Shown here piece by piece: positions 1 through 9,467 of a stretch of 64,000 nucleotides of DNA. Under the pieces are notes generated by a model. The model searched no databases. It had not been told where the DNA came from and was given only the letters and a program-made list of their open reading frames with translations. How positions within the stretch are numbered: position 1 is the stretch's first letter; each line of letters opens with the position of its first letter. A program made the position numbers and the translations under genes. Source of the DNA: Candidatus Micrarchaeota archaeon (GTDB lineage: Archaea > Micrarchaeota > Micrarchaeia > Micrarchaeales > Micrarchaeaceae); NCBI GenBank assembly GCA_021792775.1, contig JAJYTZ010000001.1, forward strand, positions 4,965-68,964, written 5' to 3'.

Positions 1-350
1 ATGCTAGATACCGCCTTATCGTACAGAAGCTGAAGCATCTTTTTGTACGTTTCTGTTCCCCTGAAATCCGCAACAGATTCGCGGATGTGCTCCTTGCCAT
101 CGTTTATCCTTTTATTGAGTTCGCTGTAGTACTGTCTGCGCAGTTCCATCCGTTTCGAGAGAAGAGACATTGTTTTTATTGAATCCGCCTCATTCGCTGC
201 CTGTTTTGATGCAGCTTCAATCTCCGAGTCTGCCTGATGTTTTGCGTCGTGTAGCATCTTCTCTGATTCAGAATAGGCGCGCTGAATTATCTCCTCTGCC
301 ATCCTCTTTGCCTCTAGGTCTACGCTCTTTATTATGTCTTCCAGAGCCAT
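1..350 (-). CDS. atpE: A/V-type ATP synthase subunit E (partial, runs off window)
   Basis: Manual translation from ATG at 350: MALEDIIKSVDLEAKRMAEEIIQRAYSESEKML..., a typical subunit E N-terminus, directly after subunit K. Confidence 0.8.
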   Translation of the reverse strand, partial: MALEDIIKSVDLEAKRMAEEIIQRAYSESEKMLHDAKHQADSEIEAASKQAANEADSIKTMSLLSKRMELRRQYYSELNKRINDGKEHIRESVADFRGTETYKKMLQLLYDKAVSS

Positions 351-360
351 CTAATCCCTC

Positions 361-600
361 TCAGAGTATCTGCAACAGCAGTATCAGTCCCAGAACGAAT
401 CCGATTATCCACAGGGTTTCGGGTATCACAAAGAAAAACAGCACCTGTCCGAACTTTTCCGGCTTTTCCGCTATTACACCCATTCCCGCAGCGCCTATTC
501 CCTGCTGCGCCATTCCTGTCCCTATTAATCCGCCGGCTATCGCAATCGAAGCTGCGACGGCATACAAAGGACTTACAGCCGCTACTACCATAATTAACAC
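361..600 (-). CDS. atpK: A/V-type ATP synthase proteolipid subunit K/c
   Basis: Two TM helices, GIGAAGMG glycine motif, carboxylate in IPETLW. Confidence 0.93.
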   Translation of the reverse strand: MLIMVVAAVSPLYAVAASIAIAGGLIGTGMAQQGIGAAGMGVIAEKPEKFGQVLFFFVIPETLWIIGFVLGLILLLQIL

Positions 601-859
601 CTAAAATTCGTAATATATATGAGAAAGGAATTTATATATGACGATTGGTTAGGGGGCAGAGAAGGAGGAGACTTTTACTGTTGTCATAGAGGGAGGTGTC
701 CTAAAGAATCTGAGAACAGGAAGAGGATTTGCCTTTCCTTCCTTGGCTGGAGCAGCCACTCTCGCCTTGTATGACAGCTACAGGTTTTTCTATCACGGAT
801 TTGATGGAATCCGAAATTACTTTTACGCTTATTTCCATTTTGCACCATACAGAAGCAGG

Positions 860-2032
860 TCAAAGAATGAATAGCGGTATTTCCATCTCCTCCTTTGACA
901 TGCCGCCATGATAGCCGGCTAGTTTCGTATCCCGTTCTCTTCTCTTAGGGAACCTGTAATACATCAGATTATTACCCTTTCCTATCGCCACGTAAGTTCC
1001 GAATCTGTAGCGTATCCAACTTTTTGCGCTTTTAGCGCCGAAGATGCCAGACTTTATTGCCTCTTCAGAATCATACAGCAGGAATCTGGAACCGTAGAGC
1101 TTTGCGAACTGCTCCTCGAATTTTTTCTTTTTGTTTTCCGAAACGCCGAAGAACATAATCCTGTTGGCGCCCCACGGCGGCGCGCTGAGGTTTTCCATTA
1201 TGCTGCTTTTCGCATTTATTTGCGTGATGTTCCTTTGGGTAATAGATATCTGTCCATGATCAGAGGTTATTACGAGCTCCCAACCGTATTCCCTGAGCAC
1301 AGGAACAAGCCTTTCCGCTATGTGCTCAAGGGCGTATATGGTTATTGCAAGGCCAAGCTCTGAGTCCTTAGTATAGGTATGCTCAGCATGGTCGATGTAA
1401 TCTACGTATGCGTATATCAGCTTTTTCGACCTGGATTTTATAAGGCTTATAGACTGTATTATCAGATCATCCATCGATATGTACTTTGAATAGTTTATAT
1501 CATGAAGGAAGTTCGAGTTGGAGCTTTTCGATATTATGTTTTCATGCTGCATGTACACGAAACCTCTCCTTTTGCTCATGCTTAACAGAGTATTAAGCTC
1601 CGGAAATAGTGGATACGTATCTGTTTTCCCAATGGTCTCGTCCCTTGACGGAGCCCAAGAAAGTCCGAAAACGTTGCCTGTTTCTCCAGTCTCTTTTATG
1701 TACAAAGGGCTGCCGACTATACCATGCTCGGCTACAGTCAAGCCAGAATCTATGCTTGTAATGACCGTTGGTGTGAACGATGGCACGATTGTTGTTATTT
1801 TCTTTATTCTTGCATCTGAAAATGCCTTGCGCAGAATGGGGCTATTCGATATCGCTTTAAGCATCAGATCGTAACCCAAGCCATCTACCAGCAGGAACAT
1901 GCGCTTGGAGTTTCGCTTTCCTATCAATTTGCCGGAGCCTTTGGCAATCTCTTTTGCAGCTTCCATGTTGCTATTTTCCATTTCTGGAAATATTAACCCG
2001 GACGCTTCTAACTCAGATCTTAAACCTGCCAT
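860..2032 (-). CDS. Alkaline phosphatase superfamily / type I phosphodiesterase-nucleotide pyrophosphatase
   Basis: LLVDGLG, PSFT nucleophile region, DHAEH, TSDHG and YHGG motifs. Confidence 0.85.
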   Translation of the reverse strand: MAGLRSELEASGLIFPEMENSNMEAAKEIAKGSGKLIGKRNSKRMFLLVDGLGYDLMLKAISNSPILRKAFSDARIKKITTIVPSFTPTVITSIDSGLTVAEHGIVGSPLYIKETGETGNVFGLSWAPSRDETIGKTDTYPLFPELNTLLSMSKRRGFVYMQHENIISKSSNSNFLHDINYSKYISMDDLIIQSISLIKSRSKKLIYAYVDYIDHAEHTYTKDSELGLAITIYALEHIAERLVPVLREYGWELVITSDHGQISITQRNITQINAKSSIMENLSAPPWGANRIMFFGVSENKKKKFEEQFAKLYGSRFLLYDSEEAIKSGIFGAKSAKSWIRYRFGTYVAIGKGNNLMYYRFPKRRERDTKLAGYHGGMSKEEMEIPLFIL

Positions 2033-2181
2033 GAAAACACAATACGCATTTACTTACTTATAGCCAACTGCAAAAGTAATTAGACTTGAAAGCTTAACAA
2101 GGCTTCTATTGAGATTAGTGAGGCGGTACTTTTCAAAAACAAACGGTTATTAAACTTGTACTATATTAATGGTGTGAGAAC

Positions 2182-3141
2182 ATGTTTGAGGTCGTGTTGG
2201 AGCGGGTTTCAAAGCGTTTGCAAGGTAATGTGACACACACACACACACACAAGAAACCAACGCGCGTTGGCATATGTGCTAATTCTAAGCCGTTAAAACT
2301 CCAGTCAGCAATGGAATATTTGATGACCTACGGGTGGGCCATCCTCATCATCGCGATAGTGCTGGTGGCGCTCTTCTCCCTCAACCTGTTCAACCCTTAC
2401 ACGTTCGCACCGAAGGCAAGTCCTGGCAGCTGCCAGATAATGAGACCGAACGGACCGGGCAGCAACATCTTCGTGTCGGAGGTCGGATTATGCAACAACG
2501 AGATCCCGCAGTATGTGGCAAAGTTTAACGGGAACAGCAGCTACATTGAAGTACAAAATTCAATTTCGTTAAATCCACCAACCACTATGAGTATGTTTGC
2601 ATGGTTTTATCCGACCTCCACCGCCACCAATCTGGTAGAAAAAGCAAATTCGTACGGGATGAAGATAGGTATATTTGGTGCATCGGCAGGCCAATTCGCA
2701 GGATTTATATGGGGAACTACTGGTGTATGTAGTTCATATCCGTTTGCGCTTTCCACAAACAGATACTATTTTGTAGGTTTTACATTTAATGGGACTACCA
2801 TAACGGAATATGTTAATGGCAAGTTCTATTGTTCTGTGTCCTTTTCAAGTTCCATACCATCAAACAGTACCGCATTAGAATTTGGAGGACCCTTAGCTTC
2901 AGGTGTGTATGTAAATGGTTCGCTCTCAAACGTCCAAATCTACAACACCTCCCTATCGCTAAGTGAGGTGACCGCCCTTTACCGTGAAGGCATCGGCGGT
3001 GCCCCTACAAACATACAGAACCTTGTGGGTTGGTGGCCGCTCAACGGGAACGCGAAAGACTATTCTGGAAATAACAACAACGGCGTTCCTACCAATGTGG
3101 TATTCACCTCCAACTGGGAGAGCGGCTACAGCACACCGTGA
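2182..3141 (+). CDS. Class III signal peptide (pilin-like) LamG/concanavalin-domain surface protein
   Basis: KL|QSAMEYLMTYGWAIL followed by a hydrophobic helix; LamG-like FNGNSSYI...YVNG...SNVQIYNTSLS...LVGWWPLNG. Confidence 0.85.
   Translation: MFEVVLERVSKRLQGNVTHTHTHKKPTRVGICANSKPLKLQSAMEYLMTYGWAILIIAIVLVALFSLNLFNPYTFAPKASPGSCQIMRPNGPGSNIFVSEVGLCNNEIPQYVAKFNGNSSYIEVQNSISLNPPTTMSMFAWFYPTSTATNLVEKANSYGMKIGIFGASAGQFAGFIWGTTGVCSSYPFALSTNRYYFVGFTFNGTTITEYVNGKFYCSVSFSSSIPSNSTALEFGGPLASGVYVNGSLSNVQIYNTSLSLSEVTALYREGIGGAPTNIQNLVGWWPLNGNAKDYSGNNNNGVPTNVVFTSNWESGYSTP
2233..2251 (+). repeat. (AC)9A dinucleotide microsatellite inside CDS (encodes THTHTH)
   Basis: acacacacacacacacaca read directly. 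Confidence 0.95.
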
Positions 3142-3355
3142 TAACAGTACCTTACAAATCTGCTCTCAGACTATCCTCGTGGCAACAAATCTTGAACTCA
3201 TACATTGTTTTTGGGAGAGGGAGAAGGGATTTGTATCCCTGCCGTTACGCGAGAAGGATCAGGGCCTCTAGGTATTGAAAGAGCCTGAAAATGGTGGAGG
3301 AGATCCAAAAATCAGAGAAGGTCCTTTTCGGGAAACTGGCAATCCCTGTAGGTTA

Positions 3356-3676
3356 TTAGCTTACCGCTACCGCCAACACCCCTGCGGTTATGATTATTAC
3401 GCCTATCCATCTGATAATGGGTACCTGTTCTATGAACAGCGCTCCCAGCACCACCGCGAATATGTAGCTCATTCCCCCTACGCTGTACGCCCAACTGAGG
3501 TGCGACCTTGATATCACATAGAAATAGATAAGGCTGGATGCTAGGTATGTCAGGATTCCTACGATAAGAAGGTATATCACGCCGTTCGTCAGCGATATCT
3601 TAAAGACAAGCTGCGCTGCCGCTCCCATCAGCGTCGATAGCACAAGAAAACCGATATTTGATGCTTTTTTTGACAT
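3356..3676 (-). CDS. EamA/DMT-family small membrane transporter
   Basis: 4 TM helices, AQLVFK...LSWAYS...FIEQVP pattern. Confidence 0.8.
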   Translation of the reverse strand: MSKKASNIGFLVLSTLMGAAAQLVFKISLTNGVIYLLIVGILTYLASSLIYFYVISRSHLSWAYSVGGMSYIFAVVLGALFIEQVPIIRWIGVIIITAGVLAVAVS

Positions 3677-3680
3677 GCAA

Positions 3681-4040
3681 TCAGTACGATATTGCTATTA
3701 TCAGTATGCCCAGGAATATGAGGAGTATTCCGAACACCCTCCCTTTTGAGAGACGCTCTCTTAGGTATACTGCAGAGAGTATGGTCACGAAAATGAAACT
3801 GCTTGCAAATACCGGATACACCACAGAGAGCGGAGCGGCTCTCAGCGCATAGAGGTATATTGCAAGGCTTATGAAATAGCCCAGCGCCCCGATCAGCATC
3901 ACCTTTGATTTGAGTATTGTAGGTATTATGTTCCTTGGATTCAGCTTCTTTCCCGATATTCCTTTCTTGAACAGTATCTGCGATGCCGATACGATAAGGG
4001 AAGCGATAAGTGTTATAAATATGATTATGTATATATTCAT
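3681..4040 (-). CDS. EamA/DMT-family small membrane transporter (partner subunit)
   Basis: SQILFKKG...APLSVVYP...YLRERLS pattern. Confidence 0.82.
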   Translation of the reverse strand: MNIYIIIFITLIASLIVSASQILFKKGISGKKLNPRNIIPTILKSKVMLIGALGYFISLAIYLYALRAAPLSVVYPVFASSFIFVTILSAVYLRERLSKGRVFGILLIFLGILIIAISY

Positions 4041-4056
4041 TTGACCACGTGATTCT

Positions 4057-4302
4057 ATGGTTATGATGACAAACCAGATACGTTTTTCGATATTTACCCT
4101 TGCATTGATACTGGTTGCTGTGATAATATTTATATATGCAGGAGGGAGCTATCTCTTCTATCTGGTCGCAGGAATCGCGATTATCGCGGGGATGATAAAC
4201 TTCTGGATGGTATCGAAAGATACCAGGGCAGAACCGGTTGTAGAAAGTGCTGCGCCTGTCCGCAGAAGAAAGTACACACGTAGCACCAGAAAGAGAAGAT
4301 AA
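4057..4302 (+). CDS. Small membrane protein (2 TM, basic tail)
   Basis: ORF with GTGAT RBS-like motif, ends 3 nt before topA. Confidence 0.6.
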   Translation: MVMMTNQIRFSIFTLALILVAVIIFIYAGGSYLFYLVAGIAIIAGMINFWMVSKDTRAEPVVESAAPVRRRKYTRSTRKRR

Positions 4303-4305
4303 ACG

Positions 4306-6501
4306 ATGTCGCGCAATATTTTGCTTATAGCAGAAAAGCCCAGTGTGGCCCTTAGAATAGCAATCGCGCTTGGAAACGGGCACGAGAAGAGGCTTAGCAA
4401 TGGAAAGGTCGGGTATTATTACATTGAACGACCGGAAGCGAACATCTATGTTGTGGCTGCTGTCGGGCACCTTTTTACAATAAGCCAGAACGGAGACAGG
4501 CATGACTATCCTGTTCTTGATGTCAAATGGGAACCATCTTACAAGGTGAGCCAGTCATCGTATTTCACGAAAGGATATCTGGATGTGATAAGGGATGTAG
4601 GGCGAAAATGCGATATTTTCATAAACGCATGCGACTATGACCTCGAGGGCACTGTGATAGGCACCAACATAATAAAGGATGTGACAGGAGCCGAACCTGC
4701 CAATGCAGGAGGGAAGGTGCGCCGCATGAAGTTCTCTACAACTACTGTCCCTGATCTCCTGAACGCCTACGCTGACATTGGGGATATAGACATAGACAAC
4801 TTCTACGCAGGTGAAGCGAGGCACATCATAGACTGGCTCTGGGGAATAAACCTCAGCAGGGCACTGACCAGCGCACTTAGGAAGTATGAAAAAGGAAAGG
4901 CGCTAAGCATCGGAAGGGTGCAGGGACCGACCCTCAGCGTCCTCGCCGAGCGGGAAACGGAGATAAAGAGTTTCAAGCCCAAGCCCTATTGGAAGCTGTA
5001 TGTGGACATAAACGGAACCAGATTCGAAAACGAGAGGGGGGATATATTCGACAGGGCCGAAGCGGAAAAGGCACGCGGTGAGTCTGAACTGAATCGTGAT
5101 GCTGCGCTCATAAAGAACATGACTAGGGAGGAGCTGAAAAGGTATCCTTATCCCGCATTCGACCTTACCTCCCTCCAGTTGGAGGCAAGCCGTATCCTTA
5201 AGATAGATCCTTCCATCGCCCTCTCTGTGGCGCAGTCATTATACGAACGCTCTTACATATCTTATCCGAGGACTTCCTCGCAGAAACTGCCGCCCACGCT
5301 TGGGCTGCAGAGGATAATAGAAGAGATAGGTAAGAACGACACTTACAAAAAGTATGCAGAAGAGATAATGAGGAGAAAGGCCTTTAGGCCGATACAAGGA
5401 AAGAAGACAGACGAGGCGCATCCGGCGATATTCCCGACTGGCATCGAGCCGAAGAAGCTCTCAAAGGAGGAGAGCGCCCTGTATGATTTGATTGCCAGAA
5501 GATTCCTTGCCTGTTTCGGCGAGCCGGCGGAGACTGTGCGGTTCAGGGTCAGAACCGGGCTTGGAGAGGAACATTATTCCGCAAGCGGCACAACGGTCCT
5601 GAAGAGAGAATGGATGGATGTGTATCATTTTGTTAGGGCTGAAGAACAGAACGGGAAGATTGAGGCTTTCAAAGAGGGAGAGAGATATAGCGCTGAAGGA
5701 GAAATCAGGCTGGATGAGCAGGAGACAAAACCGAAGAAACGTTTCACAAAGGCCAGCCTTATCGGAGAACTTGAGAGGATAAACCTTGGTACCAAGGCCA
5801 CGAGGGCTAGCATAATAGACACTCTTTTCAAGAGGAATTACCTTGAGGGCAATCCGATAAGCGTCACTAAGTTCGGCATGACGGTCTACAACGCACTCTC
5901 GAAGAACTGCGGCATGATAATGAGCATAGATACCACAAGACAGCTCGAGGAGGACATGGAGCTGATATCAAAGGGAAAGAAAGGAGAGGAGGAAGTGATA
6001 AAGGAGGGAAAGGAGATACTCGTAAAGGCGATAGAGATGTTCGATAGGAACAAGGAGAAGATCGCGGAGGATATGGGAAAGAGCTTTATCGAGGCTAATG
6101 CTATCGGGAAATGCCCGAAGTGCGGGAAGGAGCTCGTGATAAGAAAGTCTAAGATGGGGAAACAGTTTGCCGCATGCTCAGGATATCCGAATTGCACGAA
6201 CACCTATCCTCTGCCGCAAGATGCGAAAATACTTCCGACAGATCAGGTTTGCGATGGATGCAACACGCCGCTGGTAAGGATTATAAGGAGGGGAAAACCG
6301 CCATTTGATATGGATCTGGATCCGGCGTGCAGCAAACGCACGATAATATTCCCGAATGCGAAGAAGGCGGAAAAGAAGGAGGGAGTGAAAAGGAAAAAAG
6401 AGAAGGTAAAGAAAAAGGAGGGAACGGAAGAGGCCCGGAAGAGAACCGGTAAGAGAAAAATTCTGAAAAAGAAACCGGCAAGAAAGGAAGAAGGTGATTA
6501 A
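4306..6501 (+). CDS. topA: DNA topoisomerase IA
   Basis: IAEKPS TOPRIM, DYDLEG, SIGRVQGPTL, catalytic ISYPRT, Zn ribbon, Lys-rich tail. Confidence 0.96.
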   Translation: MSRNILLIAEKPSVALRIAIALGNGHEKRLSNGKVGYYYIERPEANIYVVAAVGHLFTISQNGDRHDYPVLDVKWEPSYKVSQSSYFTKGYLDVIRDVGRKCDIFINACDYDLEGTVIGTNIIKDVTGAEPANAGGKVRRMKFSTTTVPDLLNAYADIGDIDIDNFYAGEARHIIDWLWGINLSRALTSALRKYEKGKALSIGRVQGPTLSVLAERETEIKSFKPKPYWKLYVDINGTRFENERGDIFDRAEAEKARGESELNRDAALIKNMTREELKRYPYPAFDLTSLQLEASRILKIDPSIALSVAQSLYERSYISYPRTSSQKLPPTLGLQRIIEEIGKNDTYKKYAEEIMRRKAFRPIQGKKTDEAHPAIFPTGIEPKKLSKEESALYDLIARRFLACFGEPAETVRFRVRTGLGEEHYSASGTTVLKREWMDVYHFVRAEEQNGKIEAFKEGERYSAEGEIRLDEQETKPKKRFTKASLIGELERINLGTKATRASIIDTLFKRNYLEGNPISVTKFGMTVYNALSKNCGMIMSIDTTRQLEEDMELISKGKKGEEEVIKEGKEILVKAIEMFDRNKEKIAEDMGKSFIEANAIGKCPKCGKELVIRKSKMGKQFAACSGYPNCTNTYPLPQDAKILPTDQVCDGCNTPLVRIIRRGKPPFDMDLDPACSKRTIIFPNAKKAEKKEGVKRKKEKVKKKEGTEEARKRTGKRKILKKKPARKEEGD

Positions 6502-7083
6502 CTGAATGTACTACTGCCAGGCATATACAGGAAGCTGAAAAGAGGTCCGCAGATAATCCTCCCGAAAGATATCGGTATAATAATAAGCTATTCGGGCATT
6601 GGAAAGGAGAGCGTATGCGTTGATGCTGGAACCGGCAGTGGCTGGGTTGCTGTCTCTCTAGGACGGATTGCCAAGAAAATATACAGTTACGAGATACGCA
6701 GGGAGTTTGTGGATATAGCGAAGAAGAATGTGGCAATGCTCGGATTGGAAAATGTGGAGATAAGAAATGCGGATGTCAAAAAAGGGATCAGAGAAAGGGA
6801 TGTGGATCTGGTCGTGCTGGATATGCCTGAGTCGGATAAGGTGGTAAGGCACGCGGCAAAGGCATTAAGGGAGGACGGGATACTTGTCGGTTATCTTCCT
6901 CACACAGAGCAGGTCAGGAAGTTTGTCTCGAAGATGGAGAAATACCATTTTGTTGAGATATGCACTCTTGAAGTAATAGTGAGGGATATGCTTGTGAGGG
7001 ATGCGGGCATCAGGCCTTCCACAAAGGGGATATGGCATACTGCTTATCTTGTATTTGGAAAGTTAAGCAAGGAAAAGATATGA
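6502..7083 (+). CDS. trmI: tRNA (adenine-N1)-methyltransferase TrmI/Gcd14, probable CTG start
   Basis: Frame is open from 6502: LNVLLPGIYRKLKRGPQIILPKD...VDAGTGSG...YEIR...LDMP...RPST...HTAYL. Confidence 0.88.
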   Translation: MNVLLPGIYRKLKRGPQIILPKDIGIIISYSGIGKESVCVDAGTGSGWVAVSLGRIAKKIYSYEIRREFVDIAKKNVAMLGLENVEIRNADVKKGIRERDVDLVVLDMPESDKVVRHAAKALREDGILVGYLPHTEQVRKFVSKMEKYHFVEICTLEVIVRDMLVRDAGIRPSTKGIWHTAYLVFGKLSKEKI

Positions 7084-7463
7084 GGCGTATATATAATACG
7101 CCTCTGGGTGGATGAGAATAGGGTGTCTACCATATTTTTCAATATGGGGACGTAAGGGTAATATGCACAACCATATTTAAACCTTGCGGTGTGTTCCTTT
7201 TACGGTACTGTACTGGAATATGAAGGATTGATGATCGGTAAAGACCACGCTATAATCGTAATAATAAAATTTAATCATAAAACTTTTGCAACCATATTCT
7301 ATGATATTATCTATTGTATTATCGTCCATCGTATTGTTACAGATGTCCTTTTACGTCTCCGCCAAAATAGATTGTGGCTTCGACTTAGACAAGTATTAGC
7401 CGTTAGTTGCAGAATTAGTTTTCCGCTATCACAAACATGGTTTTGCTTGTCTTTTTGATATTT

Positions 7464-8051
7464 CTACTTGTGCTTTTCTAAAAACGCGATGTTGCGTTTT
7501 ATTAAGTCTAATTTAGTTTCCGTAAAAAGATTTAGTAAATAAATTCTTGCTGACTTGTCCGAGCTCTTTATCTCTTTTATGCTTTTTTCGCTTATTGCCT
7601 TGTTTTTGCCGCGATTTGCATATATGAAACCGACCCTAAACCATAACTCGTCTATTGCAGACGGGCTCAGTTTTTTTATCTTTTTGGCAATGGCATTTAT
7701 GGTCTTTTCCTCTACTTTTTCCGAGTATTCATTCCTTACTATTTTGAGTGCAGATGCCTCCTCTGCAAAAGCCAATGCGGAATACATCACTTCTGCCCCT
7801 ACTTCATTAAACAGGCGTACTGGCAGAGTGCTAGTTGCGTTGGGCTTAATAGCAAGGAGTTTTTCATGTTGATTTTTGATGGACGCGTTGATGCGTTTTA
7901 TGAACTCCTTGGAACCTTCCTTGTTAAGGTTACGCATCCTCTCGGATACCTGTTCTGCCTCTGACTTGTAGAGTCTCTGGCGGAAGCGGTTTGTATAAAA
8001 ACTCTCTGACATGTCAATCTTACTTATTGCCATTTGATATCCACTTATCAT
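7464..8051 (-). CDS. Hypothetical protein
   Basis: 195-aa ORF, no motif recognised. Confidence 0.5.
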   Translation of the reverse strand: MISGYQMAISKIDMSESFYTNRFRQRLYKSEAEQVSERMRNLNKEGSKEFIKRINASIKNQHEKLLAIKPNATSTLPVRLFNEVGAEVMYSALAFAEEASALKIVRNEYSEKVEEKTINAIAKKIKKLSPSAIDELWFRVGFIYANRGKNKAISEKSIKEIKSSDKSARIYLLNLFTETKLDLIKRNIAFLEKHK

Positions 8052-8087
8052 TTCCCCGATTATGGGGCATGCAATGCAACAGAAAGT

Positions 8088-8387
8088 CTACTTGGCTACG
8101 GCCTTTGGGTTCTGCGTAAGATATTTGTTGACCAGGTCCACAGCGTTCTGCACCGAGCGTTTTACATCTGCCATACTCTTTGTTCCTGTGCATATTATCT
8201 TTCCGTTCTTGAATATCAGTATGGTGGATTTCGGTTCGTGGACCCTGAAAATCGCACCGGGAAACTGCTCTGGCTCGTAGTCTATGTCAAACGAGAGCTT
8301 GCCAAGAAGGTACAGATCCAGATCTGTGGCTAGATTAGCCTTAACTACTATATTGACTATACGGTAAGTCGGTTTCAACTTGACCAA
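8088..8387 (-). CDS. tbp: TATA-binding protein domain, single repeat
   Basis: IVNIVV...YEPEQFPGAIFR...LIFKNGKIICTG; only one repeat, in-frame TAG 18 codons upstream. Confidence 0.85.
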   Translation of the reverse strand: MVKLKPTYRIVNIVVKANLATDLDLYLLGKLSFDIDYEPEQFPGAIFRVHEPKSTILIFKNGKIICTGTKSMADVKRSVQNAVDLVNKYLTQNPKAVAK

Positions 8388-8489
8388 TCCCTTAGCATTA
8401 TCGTTTGACGTAAAAACACCTTTAACGTTTGCAAACCCAATCTATAAATATATTTCTATAGGTAAGTATCTGCATATCAGGGTTTTCGT

Positions 8490-8774
8490 ATGGTAAAACG
8501 TTCTAAAGGACTGCTCGCAAAAAGGAGCAGGCATCTCTCAAGGCATCATAAACCTTCAGCTCAGCGTGTACGCGATGTGATAAAGTATTTCGAGGTAGGG
8601 CAGAGAGTCGCAATCGTGCCGAAAGGGAATGTAAGAAACATACCCCATCCGCGTTATAAAGGTAAGATAGGGATCGTAACCGAGAAAAGGAAGAGAGGTT
8701 ATGTTGTAGAGGTGGTCAGCATGGGCTCGAAAAAAAAGCTTGTGGTGGACGCTTTGCACATCGAAAAGGTCTGA
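8490..8774 (+). CDS. rpl21e: 50S ribosomal protein L21e
   Basis: MVKRSKG...FEVGQRV...PHPRYKGKIG...H. Confidence 0.93.
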   Translation: MVKRSKGLLAKRSRHLSRHHKPSAQRVRDVIKYFEVGQRVAIVPKGNVRNIPHPRYKGKIGIVTEKRKRGYVVEVVSMGSKKKLVVDALHIEKV

Positions 8775-8905
8775 TTCTGTTATTGCTGTTTTTGACGAAA
8801 AACATAAAAAGAATAGGAAAGGTAAAAGACAGCTGTAATAACTGCGACAAAGAGTGTGATGACTGTCATTCTGGCAGGATATTTGGTACGCCTATATCGA
8901 AATGA

Positions 8906-8940
8906 AAAGCTACGACCCCTTAACCCGGGTCGTAGGCTTT
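8906..8940. repeat. Hairpin resembling an IS200/IS605 end remnant
   Basis: AAAGC-TACGACCC...GGGTCGTA-GGCTTT inverted repeat. Confidence 0.4.
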
Positions 8941-9467
8941 TATATATTTTAACGTGTATTTAGGTAGGGTGATTAGATCAAAACAAATCCGAAGGTTTTT
9001 AAGTTATTAAATAAGGCGGCGGCAATAACTCCCTGCCCACCATGTAAGCATGAGATAAGAGAGCTAGCAGTTGCATTGAAAATAAACGATACAAAAACAA
9101 TCAGACGTATAGGTACGGAGACAAACCTAGGGATCGCGGGGTCTAAACTCGCAAAATTCTTTGGCTATTTTATCTTTTCCATTCCGGAAAGTAGGAAAAA
9201 ATGGTGGACAGATACCAAATCTGGTTTCAAAGCCGTTTATCCTATTCTAAAGAGCGCATACGCCATATGTCCAAACCCCACAATAAAGAGCATGATGATT
9301 TTAGGTAAATTTAGGGCAAATAATACTCTCAAGGAGCACTGCGCTTTCGTTAGGCTGATGAAATTTTACATTAGGTTAGTGCGCTTATCTAAAAGAGTCA
9401 GAGGGGTGGAAAAACAACAGGTAAGTTTGCATCCGAACAAGTAATCTTGCCGTTTTGAATACCGTTG

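Noticed and set aside
638..874. 79-codon plus-strand frame interrupted by TAG at codon 5 (possible amber recoding)
   Set aside because: TAG is a normal stop in conserved genes here (MoxR, DUF655, UPF0147) and the peptide has no recognisable homology.
9076..9444. 122-aa plus-strand ORF
   Set aside because: TTG start, no motif; cannot be supported as a gene from sequence alone.
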